A DNA stretch of 64,000 nucleotides from an uncultured delta proteobacterium. GTDB taxonomy: Bacteria > Desulfobacterota > Zymogenia > Zymogenales > Zymogenaceae. Under the pieces are notes generated by a model, which saw only the letters and a list, made by a program, of their open reading frames with translations, was not told the origin of the DNA and searched no databases. The stretch lies in the NCBI GenBank assembly GCA_963735595.1, contig CAVTLK010000004.1:64001-128000 (forward strand), written 5' to 3'. The position numbers and the translations under genes were made by a program. Below, piece after piece: positions 56,238 through 64,000 of the stretch; the stretch's first letter is position 1; the number at the start of each line of letters is the position of its first letter.

Positions 56238-56918
56238 ATGCAGACCGAAATCCTCTTTCGCCCTTCCTATTCGCTGGCAAGGGTGACGCTTGTTGGTAAC
56301 GAAAAGATCAGGACGGAGTCCGGCGCGATGGTCTCGATGTCGGCCGATCTTGCCGTGGAGACCCAGGCCCGCGGGGGGCTCTTGTCGTCGCTGGCCCGCA
56401 CCGTGCTGGGGGGCGAGAGCTTCTTCCTCAATACGTATACCGCCCCCTCCGGGGGCGGTGAGATTACGCTTGCCCCGGCCCTGCCGGGCGACATCATGGT
56501 TATCCCCATGACCGGCGGCACGCTCCTGGTCCAGTCCGGCTCGTACCTGGCCTGCTCGGATGCGATCACCGTGGACACCAAATGGGGCGGGGCCAAGACC
56601 TTCTTTTCGGGCGAGGGGTTCTTCATGCTCAGGGTCGCAGGCAGCGGAACGCTGATCCTTTCGAGCTACGGCGCGATCCACGAGGTAAAGCTCGCCCAGG
56701 GACAGAAGTATATCGTGGATACGACACACCTGGTGGCGTTTGACGAGACGATCGGCTACCAGGTCAAGACCATCGGGGGGGTCAAGAGCACGCTCTTTTC
56801 GGGCGAGGGACTCGTGGTAGAGCTGACCGGCCCGGGCACGGTGCTGCTCCAGACGCGCAGCGAGCGCGCCTTCCTTTCGTGGCTCATCCCCAAGCTGCCG
56901 AAACCCACCAGCTCGTAG
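56238..56918 (+). CDS. TIGR00266/AIM24 family protein
   Basis: ESGAMVSMS, GGESFFLN, LAPALPGD, GEGFF, VDT.HLVAF, SGEGLV...GPG.V.LQTR. Confidence 0.88.
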   Translation: MQTEILFRPSYSLARVTLVGNEKIRTESGAMVSMSADLAVETQARGGLLSSLARTVLGGESFFLNTYTAPSGGGEITLAPALPGDIMVIPMTGGTLLVQSGSYLACSDAITVDTKWGGAKTFFSGEGFFMLRVAGSGTLILSSYGAIHEVKLAQGQKYIVDTTHLVAFDETIGYQVKTIGGVKSTLFSGEGLVVELTGPGTVLLQTRSERAFLSWLIPKLPKPTSS

Positions 56919-56951
56919 ACGGGTGCGCTCCGCGTATCTTTGCAGAAACCA

Positions 56952-56988
56952 ATAATCCCCCGGAAGGGAAGGTCTTCCGGGGGATTAT
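56952..56988. terminator. Hairpin between convergent genes
   Basis: ataatcccccggaag / cttccgggggattat, 15-bp stem. Confidence 0.7.
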
Positions 56989-57017
56989 GTATTTCGCGGG
57001 GCGTCTTTTATTATGAT

Positions 57018-57971
57018 TCAGGTGTGTCCGTGTCGTCGCACCGGGATTCGGGAATCCGCCGCTTTCCCCCTCGCTATTTTCCCGCCGAGATACGCCAGGA
57101 CCCTCCCGTCGATACCGATCAACCCCACAAAGATCAGGCCCATCCCCGCCAGCTCCTGCCATCGGACTACCTCCTTGAGGATCACGACGCCCAGTATGAT
57201 CGCCCCGATCGGCACCAGGAAGGTCACCAGCAGCACGTTGACGGCCCCGGCCGTCGACAGGATCCGGAAAAAGATGACGTACGCCGCCGCCGTGCCGAGC
57301 ACGGCGAGCGTCGCCACCGCCCCGACCGCCTCCGGTGAGGGACGCGACGGCCAGGGCCAATCGACCGCCAGCGCCGGAACGAGCATGAGCAGGCTTGCGC
57401 TGACGAGCATCCCGGTCGCGATGGTCAGCGGTTTTACCCCCGCGAAACGCTTGGCGAAAATCCCCCCCAGGGCGTACATCAGCGCGGCGCCCAGAACGGC
57501 TACCTGGCCGAAGCCCCGCCACGACAGGCCGTCTTTGAGCTCCGGGCTCAGCATCAGATAGACGCCCAGAAATCCCACGATCATCCCGGCGAGTTTCCTC
57601 GGGCGGAGTTTCTCGTCCGCGGTAAAAAAGTGAGCGAGGATGCCGGCAAAGATCGGCGTCGTGGCGTTAAAGATCGCGGCGCTGCCGCTGTCGATCCGGG
57701 TCTGGCCCCACACGATCAGGGAAAAGGGTATGGCGTTGTTGAGCGCCCCCAGCACCAGGTAAGGCCACCAGCCGCCCGGGGTCGCGGGCAGCCGCTGTCC
57801 GAAGAGGTGCATGGCGCACAACAGGACGACCGCCGCCGTCGCCACCCGAAAAAAGACAACGGTAAAGGGATGGAAATCCCTGAGCGCGATCTCGATGAGA
57901 AAGAACGACCCTCCCCAGATAACCGAAAGGATAACCAGCATCCCCCACTCGATGGGTTTCATTGCGCGCAT
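57018..57971 (-). CDS. EamA/DMT family transporter
   Basis: LSVIWGGSF, NNAIPF.LI.WG, NATTP, about 10 TMs. Confidence 0.9.
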   Translation of the reverse strand: MRAMKPIEWGMLVILSVIWGGSFFLIEIALRDFHPFTVVFFRVATAAVVLLCAMHLFGQRLPATPGGWWPYLVLGALNNAIPFSLIVWGQTRIDSGSAAIFNATTPIFAGILAHFFTADEKLRPRKLAGMIVGFLGVYLMLSPELKDGLSWRGFGQVAVLGAALMYALGGIFAKRFAGVKPLTIATGMLVSASLLMLVPALAVDWPWPSRPSPEAVGAVATLAVLGTAAAYVIFFRILSTAGAVNVLLVTFLVPIGAIILGVVILKEVVRWQELAGMGLIFVGLIGIDGRVLAYLGGKIARGKAADSRIPVRRHGHT

Positions 57972-58005
57972 TCGTTCCCCCGATAGAGTGTCGGGAGTAT
58001 AACAT

Positions 58006-58032
58006 AAAAGGGAGGGGTAATCCCTCCCTTTT
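58006..58032 (-). terminator. Intrinsic terminator after the CoA-transferase
   Basis: aaaagggaggg-gtaat-ccctccctttt. Confidence 0.72.
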
Positions 58033-58062
58033 GTGTTGCCGGGCATGATTTTTTCTGAGGCC

Positions 58063-59370
58063 CTAAAAGAGCAGGCCCGCCTGTTCGGCCTCGTGTTTGA
58101 GCTGGTCCCGGTAATCCGGGTGGGCGATCCTGAGCATCTCCCTGACCCGCTCGGGTACGCTCTTGAGCCGGAGGTCGGCCACCCCGTTTTCGGTCACGAT
58201 ATAGTGGACGTCGGAACGGGGTGTCGTCACGATCGTGCCGGGGAGAAACTGGGAGACGACCCGGGAGATCGGGCCGTTCTTAGTCGTGGACGTGGAGGGC
58301 AGCGCGATGAACGACATGCCCCCCCGCGACATCGCCGCCCCGCGCACGAAATCGGCCTGGCCGCCGGTACCGCTGTACATCGAATGGCCGAGGGATTCGG
58401 ACGCGCACTGGCCCGTCAAATCCACCGTCATCGTATTGTTGATGGAGACCATGTGGTCGTTTTTGGCGATGTTATTGACGTTATTCGTATAGTATATCGG
58501 CGCAAACTCGCAAACCGGGTTGTGATCGATAAAGTCGTAAAGCTTGCGGGACCCGATACAGAAACCGCACACGATCTTTCCGGGGTGAAAGGTCTTTTTC
58601 TTATTGGTGACCGCGCCGCACTCATACAAGTCCATGACCGACTCGGTGAGCATCTCGGTATGCACGCCGAGGTTCTTTTTATCCGTGAGGAGGTGACCGA
58701 CGGCGTTGGACGTGCCGCCGATCCCGAGCTGGATGGTGGCTCCGTCCGGCACACGCTCCGCGATGAGGGCGCCGATCTTTTTATCCTCTTCGGTGATGGG
58801 GATCTCGGGCAGCTCCGTGAGCGGATGGTCTTTCTCGACAATCCAGTCCACGTCGTTTACATGAATAAGGGCCTGAAGGCCGGTAACGTAGGGGGTCTCC
58901 TTATTGACCTGAACAATGACGGTATCGGCAATCGAGGAGGCAAGCCCGCCGTTATAGACGCCGATGGGACCCAGGCTCATGAACCCGCGGGAATCGGGCG
59001 GCGTCACTTCGCAGAAGTAGACGTTGGGATTGATCATTCTCACGATATCATCGGACAACGACAGGTGATAGGAAATCGGCTCGACGTTACTCTTGTTCTT
59101 GAGGAACATCCGCTCCAGAGGGCCCATGAAAAGGGTCTTGAAGTTGATGTGGCCGCGCATCTCGGGTTTGAAGATTTCGAGCATATACATCGTGATGCCG
59201 GAAACCAGTGTGACGTTTTCCAGCTCCATGTACCGCAGGGCCAGGGCGTTGACGATGTCCGGCGGCGCCGAGATACCGCCTCCCATTGCGATTCTGTCGC
59301 CGGACTTGATGTGGGAAACGGCTTGTTCCGGCGAGACCAGCTTTCGTTTGTAGGCTTCTTTCCAATCCAT
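58063..59370 (-). CDS. Acetyl-CoA hydrolase/transferase (4-hydroxybutyrate CoA-transferase-like)
   Basis: GATIQLGIGG, LGVHTEM (catalytic Glu), VDLTGQC.SES, SGTGGQADFVRGA, IAHPDYR. Confidence 0.92.
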   Translation of the reverse strand: MDWKEAYKRKLVSPEQAVSHIKSGDRIAMGGGISAPPDIVNALALRYMELENVTLVSGITMYMLEIFKPEMRGHINFKTLFMGPLERMFLKNKSNVEPISYHLSLSDDIVRMINPNVYFCEVTPPDSRGFMSLGPIGVYNGGLASSIADTVIVQVNKETPYVTGLQALIHVNDVDWIVEKDHPLTELPEIPITEEDKKIGALIAERVPDGATIQLGIGGTSNAVGHLLTDKKNLGVHTEMLTESVMDLYECGAVTNKKKTFHPGKIVCGFCIGSRKLYDFIDHNPVCEFAPIYYTNNVNNIAKNDHMVSINNTMTVDLTGQCASESLGHSMYSGTGGQADFVRGAAMSRGGMSFIALPSTSTTKNGPISRVVSQFLPGTIVTTPRSDVHYIVTENGVADLRLKSVPERVREMLRIAHPDYRDQLKHEAEQAGLLF

Positions 59371-59773
59371 TGTATGTATCTCCTTTCAGTAGTATTTCGT
59401 CAAATTTTAGTATATCAGAAGACGGGAAACGATTACAAGTAAAAAATGAATAGCCATTCATTAAAGTGAGTGGGCGCTCAGTCATTACCATTGGGCCGCG
59501 TCCCCTCCAAACACGGGACGGCCTGCGAAGCTGCCGCCCCGGTCCGCTCCCCGGCCGTCCGGCGGGAGCTCGAGGAAATCGTCGGTCTGTGACGCCGATC
59601 ATTTTCTGAATCTCGATAGACGTGCTATGATTTATAAGAAAAGGGTATGAGCATGGGATCTATTCATCACCAACCATCCGGGTGGAGAAAAACCGGAGTG
59701 TGGTACTTGCTCTCCTTTTCGCCGGGTTGCTACGAAGGGATTATTTTTATCGATATTTATCAGGAGTAGATCA

Positions 59774-60178
59774 ATGAAAAAGAAGAACGCATTCCTAATG
59801 GTGGTGTTGGCCTGCGCACTCGTGCTTGCGGTGACGGCGGCCGCCTTTGCAGACGATTGGGTCGTGCTCGGCAGGAAAACGGTCGCGCTGGGTGCGGATC
59901 GCGATGAAATCTGGGTGGGGTCCGACGAGGGGAAGTTCAAGGCGATAAAGCTCCGCGTACTCGATACCGGAGTTGAATTCGACAGGCTGCTCGTCGTAGT
60001 CAGAACCGGCCGGACGGTCGAGGCATCGATCCGCGAGTTTATCCCCGCCGGTGGCGAGACGCGCGTCATCGACCTGCCGGGCAGGGATCGTGTCATCAAG
60101 AAGGTTATCATTCACTATACGACAAGACCCGGGACCCTGGACCGCGCCGAAGTCGAGGTGTGGGGGTTGAGGGACTGA
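59774..60178 (+). CDS. Small secreted protein (DUF2541/YaaI-like)
   Basis: Signal peptide ending AFA; W..LG.K.V....DRD.I...IDLPG.DR.I. Confidence 0.65.
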   Translation: MKKKNAFLMVVLACALVLAVTAAAFADDWVVLGRKTVALGADRDEIWVGSDEGKFKAIKLRVLDTGVEFDRLLVVVRTGRTVEASIREFIPAGGETRVIDLPGRDRVIKKVIIHYTTRPGTLDRAEVEVWGLRD

Positions 60179-60202
60179 GCCGGGCCTATACGCGATAGTA
60201 GA

Positions 60203-60237
60203 TACGGGCGCGACGCGATCGCGCCCGTATTTTTTTA
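60203..60237 (+). terminator. Intrinsic terminator
   Basis: atacgggcgcga-cgcga-tcgcgcccgtat followed by a T-run. Confidence 0.75.
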
Positions 60238-60424
60238 CCCCACGGCCGGATACTTCGGCCTCACGGTTCACCGGGCACTCAAAGCGCCGAAAAGCTCGGT
60301 AGATATCCCCGCCCTTCATCCATGCCGGCATATCAATTCTTTACTTGTAACTTCGTCAGTTTTCATATAGTGTATTCTATACTGATTCCATACTGTCAAA
60401 CGCCTATCGGCACGGGGGGTACCC

Positions 60425-61784
60425 ATGCTTTTCCCCCTCTCATCACACAGCGACAAGATACGCCTGCCCCGGGCGACGCTGGCCCTCGTCGGATTGAATT
60501 TCCTCATATACTTCTTTACCTCGCGCCTGTACGGAGCGGGGTTGGAGGCGTTTTATGATTTCTTCGGCCTGACGCCCTCCCGCGTGCTTTCTCCCGACTT
60601 CATCATCTGGTACAAGACCTTCCCGTTTTTGACGTCGATGTTTGTCCATGCGGACTTCCTCCACGTCGCCGGCAACTGCCTGTTCCTCTACGTCTTCGGA
60701 AGCGCACTGGAAAACCGCTACGGCCCAAGGAAGTACCTCTATTTCTACTTCTTGAGCGGTATCTATTCGGGCCTTTTCTTCGTAGCCTGCAACTGGCAAT
60801 CGCCGATTGGTGTCATCGGGGCGAGTGGAGCGATCTCGGGGCTGATGGGAGGCGTTCTTTTACTCCTGCCGGTCAAAAAGATACGCTTTCTCTTTATCTC
60901 TCTCATCCCGTTCTACTCCCGTATTGTAGAGATCCCCGCGTATATATGCATGGGGCTCTATTTTATCATGCAGGTCCTGTTTGGTTTCCTGGACAAGGGA
61001 TCCAATATCGCCTACTGGGGGCACGTGGGAGGGTTCGTCGGCGGTTTCGCCCTGAGCTTCCTCGTGCTGACCCGGCCGTTTTCCCGCCCGCGGAAGGCGA
61101 GGAAAAGGATCCTCCTGCTCGGCAAGACCAGACCCCCGCGCCCGCAGCCCCGTCACGAGTTCGTCTGGGACTCCGCCCGCGCGATCGCCGCCGGCGTCAT
61201 GCGCTCCAGGACCCTCTTCCGTATTGTCGTGGCGCTCCTCGTCGTCTACCTGATCCTGCTGGTGAACTATTACGTATTCGAACTTGCGGTGGGATTGGGC
61301 GATATTCTACACCCTTGTGGAGACTCTTTTTATCCTCTTCCCGTTCGTCTATTTCCTGATCCTGAACAAGGCCGTACACGAAGGCACCTCCTCGTTTTTC
61401 GGCTCGTTCTTTTCGCTGCTGTACGAGGGGAGATACGATGGCGAGGAAAAGCCGGATATCTATAAGGCCGAGGCCTTTGAACAAAAGGGAGACTATCTGG
61501 GGGCCGTCAGGGAATACCGGAGGATCTTTGCGCGGTTTCCCGACAGGGTGGACATCCTGTACCGGATAGCGGAGATATACCGCAACAAGCTCAAGGACAC
61601 GCGAAAGGCCGCCGGCGCGTATAAGGCCCTGCTCACGTATCCCGAAAAGGGCAAATACGCGTACTGCGTGCGGCATGCCAGGGAGATGATCGAAATACTT
61701 GAAAAAGGGACGCCTGAGCATCCGGAGCCGATCGGGGTTGATGGGACGGAAACCGATGACGATTTTATAATCAGCAAATTTTAG
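60425..61784 (+). CDS. Rhomboid intramembrane serine protease with a C-terminal TM + TPR-like extension (joined across a frameshift near 61285)
   Basis: TSMFVHADFLHVAGN, IGASGAISG (Ser), AYWGHVGG (His); the downstream frame 61284-61784 continues with TM and TPR-like helices. Confidence 0.82.
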
Positions 61785-61852
61785 GTTCTTGTTTGAGGTT
61801 CTTGAAGAAGCAACTGCAAAACCGATGACAATAAACCGGTAACACCGAGTAA

Positions 61853-62431
61853 ATGAAAGAGCGTATCCTTAATTTTGTAATCGGTATCCGAGAAGAAAGG
61901 ATTAAGGCGGGCTGCTGGATATGTGGGGTATTAGGTGTTTTCGTTCTTCTGTTCATTATCTACTCCGTGACTTTTGGCTATATTTCGGGACTCCTGGCGT
62001 TTAAACTGGCTTTTTACGAGACGTTATTCTTCGTCGGCATCCTTATACTCTATAAGTATTATCTCGAATTGATTGGGACGATTACCGGTCCGTTTGGGTT
62101 CCTCTTCCATAGCGGAACCAAGGAAAGCATCCTGAGGCCGGCCGTCCACAAAGCCAAGATGCTCCGGGAGCGACGTGACTATCAAGGTGCTGTTAAGGAA
62201 TATAGAAAACTATTCGTGATGTTTCCCGAACGTCTTGACTTCTTATATGAAATAGGTGAAATCTACCGTAAATACCTTTATGATTCCGAGCGTGCGATAA
62301 GGGCGTATCGTGAGCTTGCCAGGAAACCGGAAGAGGGCGAGTATGCGTATTTAGTCAAGGAGGCGAACTACCATATCGATACGTTTTCAGGAAAAACTGC
62401 TGAACATGCGGAAGAAGATGGGAATAAGTAA
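61853..62431 (+). CDS. Membrane protein with TPR-like domain, paralogous to the rhomboid C-terminal module
   Basis: DYQGAVKEYRKLFVMFPERLDFLYEIGEIYR versus DYLGAVREYRRIFARFPDRVDILYRIAEIYR. Confidence 0.75.
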   Translation: MKERILNFVIGIREERIKAGCWICGVLGVFVLLFIIYSVTFGYISGLLAFKLAFYETLFFVGILILYKYYLELIGTITGPFGFLFHSGTKESILRPAVHKAKMLRERRDYQGAVKEYRKLFVMFPERLDFLYEIGEIYRKYLYDSERAIRAYRELARKPEEGEYAYLVKEANYHIDTFSGKTAEHAEEDGNK

Positions 62432-62548
62432 GTCGGGTTATTTTATCCGTAGCTTTGAGCACGGCCAAAGGACTAACTTAAACACCGGTACAGTTAATGG
62501 AAGCAGATCACGAACTCCAAGTCAATAAGAACATTTTTGTGGAAGGGT

Positions 62549-63649
62549 ATGATGAAAAAGATCATGTGGCTCGTTGTTTGTTTTGTCGTTCTTCCGTTAA
62601 TAGGATATGCAACATCTTTCGCGCTTGACTCCGGTTCAACAAATGCCGAACCCGGACCGAAGTCCTTTGAGGAAATAGTGGCCACTTTTCAGACGCCGAG
62701 TGATGTTGAAACGTACGTTCTTAAGAATTTTACGTACAAGAAGGATAAGGGTAAGAAGGATCAACTAAAAAGCGTGGAAAGATTCGTGAAAGACGGGGGC
62801 GGTGATTGTGAAGATTACGCATATTTTATTGCAAAGTCCCTACGATGGCTTGGCTATAATGCGAAAATCGTAGAGCTACATTTCAAGAGTGATGTGAGTG
62901 TAATGGCCGAAAAAACGAATCACTCTGTAGCCATATTCCTTGACCCTCGAACAAATAGTTGGCATTTTATGGAGGGGTTCACTGACTCACCTTCAGGATC
63001 TGCCAAAATTAGCGGACCGTATAGTAATGAGCAAGAGCTGATAGCTGACTATTTCAAGTTATCAGGAGGAGTAGGAGATTCTGGCCCAAGTTACGATTTT
63101 CAAACACCGCAAACCTTAGAGAATATGTACAGAAACAAACCGAATTGTGAATTTCTGGAATCAACACCAGCAGGCACGAATACGTCTAAACCTGATAATT
63201 ACATTAATCCTTCGCCTAAAACTATGGAATCAACACCGATAGATACAACTACCCATGAACCCGATATTTCAATTACTCCTTCCTCTAACACGGGTACTGC
63301 TCTTGATTTACTAAATAAAGGAATAGCTTTTTCAGATAGTAAGCAGTATGAGAATGCTATCGACTGTTTTGACAAGGCTCTGATTGCTGACCCAAACTTT
63401 ACTCCTGCTCACATAGAACTAGGTAAAGTATACTACAACATGGGCAAATACGAAGAAGCAATACTTGTTCTTACAAAAGGAATCGGCGAATTATACGCAT
63501 CTGAGGGTCTATACTACCGCGGCCTCTCATACATCAAGTTGGGTCTGAAAGATAAGGCCTTGGCAGATCTTAAAAAAGCCTGCGAAATGTCTAAAAGAGA
63601 CGGTGTTGAAGGAACAGAAGCATGTGATGCCTATGACTCGTTGAAATAG
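62549..63649 (+). CDS. Secreted transglutaminase-like/papain-fold Cys protein with C-terminal TPRs
   Basis: Signal peptide, GDCEDYA (Cys), NHSVAI (His), Ser/Thr/Pro linker, TPRs ending ALADLKKAC. Confidence 0.75.
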   Translation: MMKKIMWLVVCFVVLPLIGYATSFALDSGSTNAEPGPKSFEEIVATFQTPSDVETYVLKNFTYKKDKGKKDQLKSVERFVKDGGGDCEDYAYFIAKSLRWLGYNAKIVELHFKSDVSVMAEKTNHSVAIFLDPRTNSWHFMEGFTDSPSGSAKISGPYSNEQELIADYFKLSGGVGDSGPSYDFQTPQTLENMYRNKPNCEFLESTPAGTNTSKPDNYINPSPKTMESTPIDTTTHEPDISITPSSNTGTALDLLNKGIAFSDSKQYENAIDCFDKALIADPNFTPAHIELGKVYYNMGKYEEAILVLTKGIGELYASEGLYYRGLSYIKLGLKDKALADLKKACEMSKRDGVEGTEACDAYDSLK

Positions 63650-63716
63650 TACTTAAATATGAGATAGGTTTTCACAAACACTTTGCGGCGGGCGGTCTTT
63701 TTTATTTAGGTAGACC

Positions 63717-64000
63717 ATGTATTTGATAACTCTATTTCTTAACCGCTTCTATCTCTTTCTTTCGATCCTACAAGACATTTGGAAGTTTGTCGGTACTACT
63801 AACTTTGTATCTCTTTTGAGCCTCTTTACTCTGGTAGCTGTATTGATTTCATTGAAGTATATGAGAGACACTCTTGACTTAATGAAAAAGGAGTTTGCGT
63901 ATTCCCGTCAACCCATGGATATCTTAGGTATTGAATATGACTTTTCATCTGCTAAACTATCAATTATAAGAATTACTTTTCAGAATAAATCGTCATTGGA
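63717..64000 (+). CDS. Hypothetical protein with a hydrophobic segment, runs off the window
   Basis: Open frame MYLITLFLNR...SLLSLFTLVAVLISLKYMRD... to the window end; AT-rich. Confidence 0.5.
   Translation, partial: MYLITLFLNRFYLFLSILQDIWKFVGTTNFVSLLSLFTLVAVLISLKYMRDTLDLMKKEFAYSRQPMDILGIEYDFSSAKLSIIRITFQNKSSL

Noticed and set aside
1..64000. Many frameshifted genes (adhesin, radical SAM, dgt, comM, decarboxylase, GT2, TetR and others) as pseudogenes or programmed frameshifts
   Set aside because: Single-base indels are scattered over all three segments, catalytic motifs stay intact and there is no consistent slippery site. Sequencing or consensus error is the simpler explanation.

Overview
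The window looks like three unrelated sequences joined end to end, with abrupt mid-gene junctions at ~16046 and ~22980. Many single-base indels split genes in all three parts, which is typical of an unpolished long-read assembly. (A) 1-~16045, lower GC, Bacteroidota-like: the interior of one giant minus-strand surface protein, open at both ends, with 14 FN3-like repeats (many nearly identical at DNA level) and 28 Cys-containing PKD-like repeats arranged largely as a 5-unit super-repeat. (B) ~16046-22980, Chloroflexota-like: a DUF1998/MrfA-type SF2 helicase with an extra C-terminal PcrA/UvrD-like Tudor domain, a radical-SAM/HhH DNA modification-repair protein with a LexA-type box inside its promoter and a C-terminal beta-clamp-like motif, a dGTPase, a membrane-anchored hypothetical protein and a partial Xaa-Pro peptidase. 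(C) ~22981-64000, GC-rich, Desulfobacterota/'Deltaproteobacteria'-like chromosome: two DUF4013 paralogues around tmk, a hybrid histidine kinase, the rplU-rpmA-obgE-proB-proA-nadD-rsfS-gpmI cluster, ilvE, a J-domain/TPR protein, an ABC exporter, a TetR with two visible operators, a PLP decarboxylase, an MntA/HepT toxin-antitoxin pair, comM, bfr, an amino-acid dehydrogenase, a CoA-transferase and a rhomboid-TPR / TPR / transglutaminase-like-TPR cluster that drifts to lower GC. I saw no rRNA, tRNA or CRISPR array. The best candidate for an undescribed system is the segment B DNA-repair module, followed by the rhomboid-TPR cluster. All family and taxonomic assignments come from motif recognition by eye, not from database searches.
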